64,000 nt of DNA, taken from positions 156,689-220,688 of the forward strand of contig CBDCXE010000003.1 of the NCBI GenBank assembly GCA_965223725.1, written 5' to 3'. The translations under genes and the position numbers were made by a program. Under the pieces are notes generated by a model. The model was not told the origin of the DNA. It was given only the letters and a program-made list of their open reading frames with translations, and searched no databases. Positions within the stretch are counted from its first letter, which is position 1; each line of letters starts with the position of its first letter. Below are positions 37,803 through 46,393 of this stretch, piece by piece. This DNA comes from Nitrospinota bacterium (lineage in GTDB: Bacteria; Nitrospinota_A; UBA7883).

Positions 37803-39032
37803 ATGAGCCGTACGGCTTCGGTAATTACAATAGTTGCGACCATTTTTGCGTTGTCGCTGGCGTTCGCTTTTACTGGACCAGGCAAAGGAATTTATAAGCC
37901 GGGCCCTTTACTGTCGGGGCATGAAAGGTTTGGGACCGCTTGCCAGGCTTGTCACGAAAGATGGAGCGACCCATCGGAAGAAAAATGTATAGTTTGCCAC
38001 CAGCATCTTAAGAAAGACGACACCCACTCGGCCAAAGCAATGGCGAATCCGGTCAAGGCCGTTATCCCGGCCGAACTGGAGAAGCTAGGCTGTGTGTCAT
38101 GCCATATGGAGCATATGGCTGACATCATTTCATCCGGATATACCGGCCCGCTCGACTTTTGTATCGGTTGCCATCCGGTGGATAAGCTGAACCTGGGGCA
38201 CAAAAAATTTGGCAATAAATCGTGCGCCGAATCGTCGTGCCATAACTATCATTACAACCTGCCCGTAGAAGAATTTAAAACTTCCAGTAATGTCCGGCTA
38301 TTGCCATCTACCATAAAGGTAGTAAAGCCAGAGCCGAAAGAGCGCTTTAAAGCGACCGATGAAGTGATGGAGGCCATGCGCGGCTCCAAATTTTATAAAT
38401 CGAACAAGATAATATCCGCCCAGTATAACCTGAGCGATCACAACGGCACTGAGGCCACATGCGACAAGTGCCATAAAACGAAACTCGGTTTGCGAACCCT
38501 TCAGCCATCGATTAATGTTTGCATGTCTTGCCATGAGTATCAGACCAGGACGTTTGGGTTTGGCAGGCATGGCGCCCCGTCGCGGCTGAAGGTCGCGCCG
38601 GCGGAAGATGAAAGCGCGCAGGTCGGATGCGGGTCGTGCCACGATGTGCACAGCCTGAGGCAGGAAAACTCCAGATATCAGGCATGCGTCCGGTGCCATG
38701 AAAATGACCATGAATTAAATTACAGTAAATCCGGGCATTCGCGGTACCTGACCGACCCTGTGTTTAATCTGAAGCCGATGAAAGGCGCCGACTGCGCCAC
38801 CTGCCATATGCCATTGATGGAAAACGCCCAGGGGGCCACCATGCATAATGAAAGCTATACATCATCATCCAGATGGAAAATGGCTGAAACCGTATGCGTG
38901 CGGTGCCACGGCCTGGAGTTTGCGCTGCGTGGCCTGTATGACAATGGTATGGTCAAGCATGGCTTCACATTCTCGCCAGACTCCACCCCGGTGGGGATTG
39001 AATACGGATTCCGTAAAACGGATGTAAAATAG
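37803..39032 (+). CDS. multiheme (deca-heme) cytochrome c, secreted
   Basis: Signal peptide; 10 CXXCH motifs (CQACH, CIVCH, CVSCH, CIGCH, CDKCH, CMSCH, CGSCH, CVRCH, CATCH, CVRCH) plus one CX4CH. Confidence 0.85.
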   Translation: MSRTASVITIVATIFALSLAFAFTGPGKGIYKPGPLLSGHERFGTACQACHERWSDPSEEKCIVCHQHLKKDDTHSAKAMANPVKAVIPAELEKLGCVSCHMEHMADIISSGYTGPLDFCIGCHPVDKLNLGHKKFGNKSCAESSCHNYHYNLPVEEFKTSSNVRLLPSTIKVVKPEPKERFKATDEVMEAMRGSKFYKSNKIISAQYNLSDHNGTEATCDKCHKTKLGLRTLQPSINVCMSCHEYQTRTFGFGRHGAPSRLKVAPAEDESAQVGCGSCHDVHSLRQENSRYQACVRCHENDHELNYSKSGHSRYLTDPVFNLKPMKGADCATCHMPLMENAQGATMHNESYTSSSRWKMAETVCVRCHGLEFALRGLYDNGMVKHGFTFSPDSTPVGIEYGFRKTDVK

Positions 39033-39065
39033 TAGATATAGACTGTTAGGCTGGTAATTAAGAAA

Positions 39066-40520
39066 ATGTATTCACAATCACAAACATTAAAATCTCTGGT
39101 CAATTCACCGCAATTGGCGGGCGCCCCGGTGGAAGCGGTGGAAAACCTGATCGAACATGGAGATTTGACCCACATCCCCGCCGGGGAAGTGATCATCGAA
39201 GAGGGCGAGTTCGAGATGATCAGTTACTATGTCCTGGAAGGGAAGTTCCAGATCCGGGTCACCGACAGAGAGACAGGCGAAAAACGCCTGGCATGGGAAG
39301 TGGGCCCCGGTAAAATTCTGGGCGCCATGGCTATATTGGGCGGCACACCCCGCATCGCCGAGGTGAAATGCGTCAAGAACGCCACAATGTTAAGGATAGA
39401 GCGGAAGCACCTGCTCGACTTCCTGGCGGCGGCCCCCACTGTAAAAGCGCGCTTGGATAATACGTATAAGGAAAAGGCGCTTTTGCACGTCTTGATGAAG
39501 GTCGACTTTTTCTCTCATATAGAAGGGCCGGTGATGCAGGCGCTGGCCAAGAAGGTCGAACTGAAGTTCTATAAAAAGGGTGACGTGATCTTCTATCACG
39601 GGGACCGGGCCGAAGAGTTTTTCATGATCCGGGACGGATTCGTGAAGGTTTCCCGCGCCATCAGCGAGGCGGACGCCGCGTTTTTCGATTCCCGGTTCGA
39701 CAAGACCCAGATAAACCCGATGAAAGAGCAGAAAGATGAAGAGTTCATTATGGGCTATATTGGCCCGGGCCAATATTTCGGCGAGCTGGCGCTGTTCGAT
39801 AACCGAAGACGCTCCGCCACGGTCACGGCGTTGACCCGGCTGGAACTGGTGGTTATCACAAGAAATGATTTCCAGGCCCTGATACTGCGCTATCCGGAGA
39901 TAGGGCAGAGGATGCGGGAAGTGGCGGATTATCGATATGCAAGTGACAAACAGCTGGCCCAGTCGAAGCAGGATATGCTCAAATGGGTGGCCAGCCATGA
40001 CATACTGGCGGCGGAGTCGCTGTTGATCCTGGATCTGAACCAATGCATGCGCTGCCTCAACTGCATCAGCGCCTGCGCCAAGCTCCATGACGGCGTCACC
40101 CGCATCACCCATAACGGTGTGCGCTATAAAAATATATTGATACCCACATCGTGCCGCCACTGCCGCGAACCGACCTGCATGATAGGCTGCCCCACCGGCG
40201 CGATACAGCGCGACATCCATGGCGAAGTGTTCCACACCGATTCATGTATCGGGTGCGGCAATTGCGCGTCTCGGTGCCCCTTTGGCAATATCAGCATTGT
40301 GGAGCTGAGCAGCGGTAAAAAGTGGTGGGCGCGTCCGGGCCGTGGCAACGGTGGATCCCCGAAGGCGCGGATCCCCGCCAAGATAGACAAGCGTGCCGTT
40401 AAATGCGATATGTGTATGGATTACGATTACATGGGTTGCGAGCATAACTGCCCCACGGGCGCCATCAAATCGGTCAAGCCATCCGAATATTTCGCCAAAT
40501 ATTCACAGGAAGACAAATGA
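39066..40520 (+). CDS. protein with two cyclic-nucleotide-binding domains fused to 4Fe-4S ferredoxin (polyferredoxin) domains
   Basis: Two cNMP-binding beta-roll segments (GEVIIEEGE...RIAEVKC; GDVIFYHGD...RRSATVTA) and four Cys clusters (CMRCLNCISAC, CRHCREPTCMIGCP, CIGCGNCASRCP, CDMCMDYDYMGCEHNCP). Confidence 0.8.
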   Translation: MYSQSQTLKSLVNSPQLAGAPVEAVENLIEHGDLTHIPAGEVIIEEGEFEMISYYVLEGKFQIRVTDRETGEKRLAWEVGPGKILGAMAILGGTPRIAEVKCVKNATMLRIERKHLLDFLAAAPTVKARLDNTYKEKALLHVLMKVDFFSHIEGPVMQALAKKVELKFYKKGDVIFYHGDRAEEFFMIRDGFVKVSRAISEADAAFFDSRFDKTQINPMKEQKDEEFIMGYIGPGQYFGELALFDNRRRSATVTALTRLELVVITRNDFQALILRYPEIGQRMREVADYRYASDKQLAQSKQDMLKWVASHDILAAESLLILDLNQCMRCLNCISACAKLHDGVTRITHNGVRYKNILIPTSCRHCREPTCMIGCPTGAIQRDIHGEVFHTDSCIGCGNCASRCPFGNISIVELSSGKKWWARPGRGNGGSPKARIPAKIDKRAVKCDMCMDYDYMGCEHNCPTGAIKSVKPSEYFAKYSQEDK

Positions 40521-41329
40521 CCGACGAAGCTTATCGTTTATTGGCCCTTAGCGCGGCCACGGTATTGATCGCATTCGGTATTGGTTTCGTAGAGCCGTTC
40601 GCCTATGAGAGGTCGTTTGGATCATTTTCCATCAAGCCGTATTTCGGTTGGCTAACCTTGCTTTTTGCCATCGTCTCTGCGTTATACAGCCTCCGCAAAA
40701 GGGTTGTCATACAGCTCCCGGGCAGACTAATTGTCTGGAAACTGGCGCACATAATCCTTGGCCTTACCGTGCTGGTCCTGATGTATCTGCATTCTGGCGG
40801 GGCCATGGGGCAAGGAGCTTCGCTGGCGGTAAATTTACTGGTGGTCGGGCTGCTGCTGACTGGGGTCTGGGGCATAATTAACCAGGGATTGATACCCAGG
40901 ATAATGACCGAATCGTTGGAGGATCCGGTCTATAAAAGCGAATTGCAAGATGATGTGAACGAAATGCTAAAAGAAATCTCTGATGATCTGGACGAGCAGT
41001 CACCCGAGTTTAACCGGATCTACCAGCGCCATATATTACCGGCGATCACTCTGGAACATCCCACGGAAGGTAACCAGAAAGCGCTCTATCAACGTTACGA
41101 CCCATCCTCCAACGATCCCACCGCCGCCATCCAAGACCTGAACGCCATGAGCCTGGGTGAAATTGAAGATTTCTACCAAATGGCCGAGAAGGTGATGGAC
41201 ATTGTGGAAATCCGCCGAAGCCAGACTTATCAGCGTAACATGAACCATTGGCTTGTTTGGCACGTGGGTATGACCGCGGCGTTGGGTGTGGCCCTTTTTT
41301 TCCATGTGCTCGCTTCGCTATATTTTTAA
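40517..41329 (+). CDS. hypothetical integral membrane protein (4-5 TM), last gene of cytochrome operon
   Basis: Hydrophobicity; start overlaps the stop of the upstream gene. Confidence 0.5.
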   Translation: MTDEAYRLLALSAATVLIAFGIGFVEPFAYERSFGSFSIKPYFGWLTLLFAIVSALYSLRKRVVIQLPGRLIVWKLAHIILGLTVLVLMYLHSGGAMGQGASLAVNLLVVGLLLTGVWGIINQGLIPRIMTESLEDPVYKSELQDDVNEMLKEISDDLDEQSPEFNRIYQRHILPAITLEHPTEGNQKALYQRYDPSSNDPTAAIQDLNAMSLGEIEDFYQMAEKVMDIVEIRRSQTYQRNMNHWLVWHVGMTAALGVALFFHVLASLYF

Positions 41330-41386
41330 TGGAACTCTGGAATGGTTTGTTATAGTATTGAAAAAGTTTAATTTGGGAGATTGTTA

Positions 41387-41758
41387 ATGAGTGATACATT
41401 GAAAAAAGTTTTATTGATAGTGACCACCAGCGATGAAGAGACCTTCCGCGCAGGGATGCTCAACGCCGCCAACCTGCTGGCGTCTGATGTAGAGGTGCAG
41501 TTTTTCATCAGCCAGCAAGCGTGCAATTTTTTTACCAAAAGCAGTTTTGACAGCGCGCCGGATGGGACAACGACTGTGAAGGGCCGGGTCACCGATGCGA
41601 TGAAACTTGGGGCCAGTATAATTATCTGCCGAACAGCCATCGCCAACTATGGCCTGGGGCCGGAGGATTTCATCGACGGTGTGGACGCCACAAAAGGCTG
41701 GATGGATATCGTTGATGACCAGATCGATCCTAACGTACAGGTTGTGTGGGTTGGATAG
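41387..41758 (+). CDS. DsrE/DsrF-like family protein
   Basis: KKVLLIVTTSDEET...QFFISQQA pattern of the DsrE/YchN-like fold; GGGAGA RBS before the ATG at 41387. Confidence 0.55.
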   Translation: MSDTLKKVLLIVTTSDEETFRAGMLNAANLLASDVEVQFFISQQACNFFTKSSFDSAPDGTTTVKGRVTDAMKLGASIIICRTAIANYGLGPEDFIDGVDATKGWMDIVDDQIDPNVQVVWVG

Positions 41759-41773
41759 AAGCCTGTCAGGCTG

Positions 41774-43378
41774 TCAATCTATTATAGTGTCATTCAGATA
41801 ACGGTCATCCTTGTCCGGATGGTCCAGATTATAGTGCAAACCGCGGGATTCTTTTCTGGCAATGGCGCAATCGATTATCAGCTCTGCGCATAACGCCAGG
41901 TTGCGCAGCTCCAGCAGATCCGGGGTGACCACAAAGTCCCAGTAATATTCGTTTATCTCTTGCCGGATAAACTCTATCCGGCTTTTTGCCCGGGCCAGCC
42001 GCTTGTCGGTCCGCACGATACCCACATAGTTCCACATCAGGCGGCGGATCTCGTCCCACAGATGGCTGATCACCACCAGCTCGTCGGCGTCCACCGCGGC
42101 GCCCTTGTTCCATGGCGGAGTTTCAGGCGCCGGGCTGTGCTTTACAGATTCCAGCCATTCGCGGCATGCGTCGGCCACACCGTTGGCGAATACCACCGCC
42201 TCCAGTAAGGAGTTGCTCGCTAACCGGTTGGCGCCATGCACACCGGTGCAGGATACTTCGCCTATGGCGAACAGGCCTGGTATGGTCGTCCTTGCTTTGA
42301 TATCGGTGACCACACCGCCACACATATAATGCGCCGCCGGCACCACCGGAATTGGCTCTTTGGTCGGGTCGAACCCGTATTGCATGCAGGTTTCATAAAT
42401 ATTCGGGAACCGGTCGATGGACCGCTCGGAGCCGATCACGGTGGCATCGAGGAAAACAGAGTCCGCGCCGCTTTTTTTCATTTCGTGGTCGATGGCCCTG
42501 GCCACAATGTCCCGGGGCGCCAGGCAACCCATGTCGTGATATTTTTCCATGAATTCAGAGCCGTCCTCCAGCTTCAGGATGGCCCCTTCGCCACGGACCG
42601 CCTCCGAGATCAGGAACGATTTGGCCTGGGGATGGTAAAGGCAGGTGGGGTGGAACTGCATAAACTCCATATTGGCGATTGAAGCGCCAATTCTCCGGGC
42701 CATGGCCACACCATCACCGCTGGCGATATCCGGGTTGGAAGTATACAGATATACTTTGCCCGCTCCGCCGGTGGCCAGCAATGTGGCGTCCGCCTGAAAC
42801 GTGATGATGTCTCCGGAGGCCCTGTCCTGCACATAGGCGCCCAGGCATCGGTCCTGTTTGGAGCCAGGCGCCACGCTTTGATCGATTTTCGCCATAGAGA
42901 TCAGATTCACACACATATGGTTTTCGAAAATTTTGATCTGCGGGTTTTGCCTGGCCTGGCTGATCAACGCGCGCTCTATCTCCGCGCCGGTGGTGTCCTT
43001 CGCATGGGCGATCCGCCGGAATGAATGGCCGCCCTCTTTGCCAAGCTCCAGCTCGTCGTCATCTTCACTTCTGCTGAACTGCACGCCGAAATCGATCAGC
43101 TCCTGGATCATACTTGGCCCATTCTCCACCAGGAACCGAACCACACTCTCCTTGCAGAGCCCCTGGCCGGCGTATAAAGTATCCTTGATATGAGATTCGA
43201 ACGAATCACCCTCGCCCAGCACGGCGGCGATACCCCCTTGCGCATAATTGGTGTTCGATTCCGCCAGTTCCTTTTTGGTGACCAGGGCCACTTCGCCCAT
43301 GTCCGCCAGCTTCAAGGCGCAGGATAATCCGGCGATGCCAGACCCTATTACCAGGAAACGGGAAGTTACATTAGTCAC
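41774..43378 (-). CDS. nadB: L-aspartate oxidase
   Basis: FAD-binding GSGIAGLSCA, YAQGGIAA, succinate dehydrogenase/fumarate reductase flavoprotein family; ~534 aa. Confidence 0.9.
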   Translation of the reverse strand: MTNVTSRFLVIGSGIAGLSCALKLADMGEVALVTKKELAESNTNYAQGGIAAVLGEGDSFESHIKDTLYAGQGLCKESVVRFLVENGPSMIQELIDFGVQFSRSEDDDELELGKEGGHSFRRIAHAKDTTGAEIERALISQARQNPQIKIFENHMCVNLISMAKIDQSVAPGSKQDRCLGAYVQDRASGDIITFQADATLLATGGAGKVYLYTSNPDIASGDGVAMARRIGASIANMEFMQFHPTCLYHPQAKSFLISEAVRGEGAILKLEDGSEFMEKYHDMGCLAPRDIVARAIDHEMKKSGADSVFLDATVIGSERSIDRFPNIYETCMQYGFDPTKEPIPVVPAAHYMCGGVVTDIKARTTIPGLFAIGEVSCTGVHGANRLASNSLLEAVVFANGVADACREWLESVKHSPAPETPPWNKGAAVDADELVVISHLWDEIRRLMWNYVGIVRTDKRLARAKSRIEFIRQEINEYYWDFVVTPDLLELRNLALCAELIIDCAIARKESRGLHYNLDHPDKDDRYLNDTIID

Positions 43379-43408
43379 AGTGTCAGCCAGCTTTACTGCT
43401 TATCGAAG

Positions 43409-44107
43409 CTAGGCGCGAAACTCGAAAGTGTAGGAGCCGATGCTGAATTGATCTTCATCAGCAAGCTTATGATTTGTGATCTTGTTGCCGTTCATCTTCA
43501 GCTTGGAATACCCGCCCTGATAGGCGATAAAATAACCGTCGGCAGATTTGGTGACGCTGGCGGCTACTTTGCCGATGAAAAAGCCGCTGATCTTTATATC
43601 AGAATTGGGGCCAGAGCCGATCAATGTGGTTTCCTTTTCCAGCCTGAAGGCCTTTGGAGGGCCGGATGATTGATGGATCAATATTTTCGAAGGTTTTTCT
43701 TCCGCTTCCTTTTTCGCCAGGGTTGATTCACTTATTATATTTCTGATTTGCCCTGTATCCACCATAACGGTCATCCCTCCGATATCATCTTCGCGATCGA
43801 AAGCGTCAACCGGGCTCGATTCCTCATCCGGGTTGCGATATTTCAGGTGGAACCGCCCTATGGTAATCACATCGCCGGAGCGCAGCTCCTGCACCGCCAC
43901 TTGCTTGGAATTAATAAAGGTGCCGTTGGTACTGTCCAAATCGTGGACTATGAACCTGTTCCCCACTTTTTCGATCTTTACATGGGCGGCGGATACTGTA
44001 GGGTTTTTCAGGATGATATCCCCCTTTTCGCGCCCCACAGCAATGGTCTTTATAAGATTAATCTCTTTAAAGACTTTATCCTTACTGGATATAGTTAACG
44101 TAGCCAT
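43409..44107 (-). CDS. protein with two FHA domains
   Basis: N-terminal FHA (TIAVGREKGDIILKNPTVSAAHVKIE...LDSTNGTFIN) and a second FHA-like C-terminal half. Confidence 0.75.
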   Translation of the reverse strand: MATLTISSKDKVFKEINLIKTIAVGREKGDIILKNPTVSAAHVKIEKVGNRFIVHDLDSTNGTFINSKQVAVQELRSGDVITIGRFHLKYRNPDEESSPVDAFDREDDIGGMTVMVDTGQIRNIISESTLAKKEAEEKPSKILIHQSSGPPKAFRLEKETTLIGSGPNSDIKISGFFIGKVAASVTKSADGYFIAYQGGYSKLKMNGNKITNHKLADEDQFSIGSYTFEFRA

Positions 44108-44400
44108 TCACAACTCAAAGATTTATATGACTATGTGTTATTGCACAGATCAATATACAATTATATATTATAACTTGCGGTCCTTGTAAAGTACAGTTTT
44201 TAATCTGGTTTTCCCGCCAGCCGGGGTGGGTCGTTTTATTTCCCGGAACGCCGCGCTGTTCAACGGTTCAGCCTGGCTTGCCCGCCGGAAGCATATCACC
44301 GATTGAAATCTTATAGGATTATAGTAGAATACACACAACATACGAGTGTGGCTGGTTACGATAGCCGGTCAGTTGTCAGTAGTATTTTATTAAAATAGTA

Positions 44401-46116
44401 ATGTTATCAAGCAGATTCAATAAAACCTGGTTCTTCTATAGTTTTCCAATTACGCTTCTGATAGCGCTGGTAACGCTGGACGCAGGGGTCGGCCATGCCT
44501 TTTCGCTGGGCAAAATCCGGGTCACCGGCGCCTTCGAAAGCCCGTTCCGGGCGGAAATCCCTGTGCGCTCCAACGGTATGGAAGGTCTGCAGGCGTGGCT
44601 GGGGGACGAAAACGATTACCGGAAAATGGGGCTGGAGCGGCCAGCGATCATAGACACCCTGTCGCTGGAGGTGGCCGACCATCCAATCCATAGCGACCAG
44701 AAAATTATCTATATCACCGGCACAGAGCCGATATCACAGCCCTCATTCAACCTGGCCATCAAAGCCGCGTTGGGCAGCGGCGTGATCCTGGAGAATTATT
44801 TTCTGGCGCTTGACTTCCAGAAAAACCTCAGCCTGGAAGCGCCCACCACCAAAGAGGAACGCGAAGAGATGAAAAAGGTCGCCAGCGAGCTTGAAGCGCT
44901 GCGCCCCGGGGCGGATAAAAAAATCGTAGACCAGGAACAGGCCGCCGTGGTGGAAGGGGCGGAGCTGATGTCGGAGCTGGACAAAATCCGCGCCGAGGAA
45001 GAGATAGCGGAAGCGAAGAGAAATAACAGAAACGCCGATAAACCGGCGGCGGTGGTGAAAAAGAAAAGCGTGACCATGAAAGAGCCTGCCGTTGTGGAGC
45101 GGGAAATAACATCTGTAGATATAGAAACAGCATATATAGACCCAAAGCCTGCAGCTCAAACAGCTAAACAGGAGACAGCGCCACAGAAAAAAGCGTCCGA
45201 TGTGATGGCGATAGCCTTATCTTCCGACCCGGCGAAGAACCGGTATGATGTGGTGGGCGGCGACACCTTGTACCAGGTCGCCAAAAAACTGGGCGCCACC
45301 GACAAGGACCTGGATCGCGTGGTGGTAGCGTTGTGGAAAGATAATAAAGAGCATTTCATCGATGGCAACATTCATGGGCTGCTGAAAGGGCGGACCCTCG
45401 ATTTTTCCAGCGTAAACGAAACCTTTCACAATACAACGCATGAAGAAGCGAACAAAGTGATCATGGGACAGTGGCCCGAATGGCAAGCGTTCAGAAGATC
45501 GTTAAAACCGGCGCCGGTGATGAAAGCGAAAGCCGCGCCTGCGGATCGACCGGCAAAAAAAGCTGCTGGTGGCGACCTTACCGTGGAGCCGGTCGGCCTG
45601 GAGATGTCCGCCGAGGAACAGGCATCGCTGGCGGACGAGTCGGCGCCGGAGGAAACGCAAAGCCATCCCTATGTGTTGCATGTGGCGTCGTTCAAAAAGC
45701 GGGACGACGCGCGGGAGCTGGTGTCGCTGTTGCGGAGCAAGGGTGTGAGCGCGTTTGAAGTGTTAAGCTCCATCGCTAATAAAGGTGAATGGTACCGGGT
45801 TGTGACGAACCGGTTCGATTCTCCGGCGGAGGCGGAGGAATTTTCCGAGAAGATCGGCAAGCTGGGCGTCTCCCGATACACCCGCATCCTCAACCTGCCG
45901 TACGCCATACAGATAGGCGCCGATATCGGGCAGGCGGAAGCGAAGACCAAGCTGGACGAATTATACAAAGCCGGAATTTCCGCATACAGCATGGACAGCG
46001 GCAGGGAAGGCTATGTGCGGCTCTACTCCGGCGCGTTCGAGTCGGCGGCGAGCGCGGACCTGGCGATGGACTCTCTTCCTCAAATCGGCATACGTTATAG
46101 CGTGGTCCAGCCTTGA
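44401..46116 (+). CDS. FimV-like protein with LysM-like and C-terminal SPOR domains
   Basis: Signal/TM then FimV-N motif (FSLGKIRVTGAFESPFRAEIPV), LysM-like segment (DVVGGDTLYQVAKKLG), coiled-coil/low-complexity region, two SPOR-like repeats at the C-terminus. Confidence 0.65.
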   Translation: MLSSRFNKTWFFYSFPITLLIALVTLDAGVGHAFSLGKIRVTGAFESPFRAEIPVRSNGMEGLQAWLGDENDYRKMGLERPAIIDTLSLEVADHPIHSDQKIIYITGTEPISQPSFNLAIKAALGSGVILENYFLALDFQKNLSLEAPTTKEEREEMKKVASELEALRPGADKKIVDQEQAAVVEGAELMSELDKIRAEEEIAEAKRNNRNADKPAAVVKKKSVTMKEPAVVEREITSVDIETAYIDPKPAAQTAKQETAPQKKASDVMAIALSSDPAKNRYDVVGGDTLYQVAKKLGATDKDLDRVVVALWKDNKEHFIDGNIHGLLKGRTLDFSSVNETFHNTTHEEANKVIMGQWPEWQAFRRSLKPAPVMKAKAAPADRPAKKAAGGDLTVEPVGLEMSAEEQASLADESAPEETQSHPYVLHVASFKKRDDARELVSLLRSKGVSAFEVLSSIANKGEWYRVVTNRFDSPAEAEEFSEKIGKLGVSRYTRILNLPYAIQIGADIGQAEAKTKLDELYKAGISAYSMDSGREGYVRLYSGAFESAASADLAMDSLPQIGIRYSVVQP

Positions 46117-46135
46117 TCGGGCACGGCTTCATTTT

Positions 46136-46354
46136 ATGGCAAGTGAAATAAAACTTTTAATCAAGGGTATGTCTTGCGGTCGGTGTGTAAAGGAGGCCAA
46201 GGACGCGCTGGAGGGCGTGTATGGTGTGGAGCAGGTGGCGCTGAGCATGGTGAAAGGCACGGCCCGGATAACATACGATGAGAATATCGTGGGCAAGGAA
46301 CGATTTATCCAGACAATAAACGACATCGGCTTTGAGTCTGATAGTGATCAATAG
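46136..46354 (+). CDS. heavy-metal-associated (HMA) domain protein
   Basis: GMSCGRC motif; 72 aa from the ATG at 46136. Confidence 0.7.
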   Translation: MASEIKLLIKGMSCGRCVKEAKDALEGVYGVEQVALSMVKGTARITYDENIVGKERFIQTINDIGFESDSDQ

Positions 46355-46393
46355 CATATGGTAAACAATTAAATTCGAGGATTTTCAGAATAG

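Noticed and set aside
39390-40235. 281-aa ORF antisense to the cNMP-binding/ferredoxin gene
   Set aside because: Opposite a gene with multiple clean Fe-S and cNMP motifs; no support.
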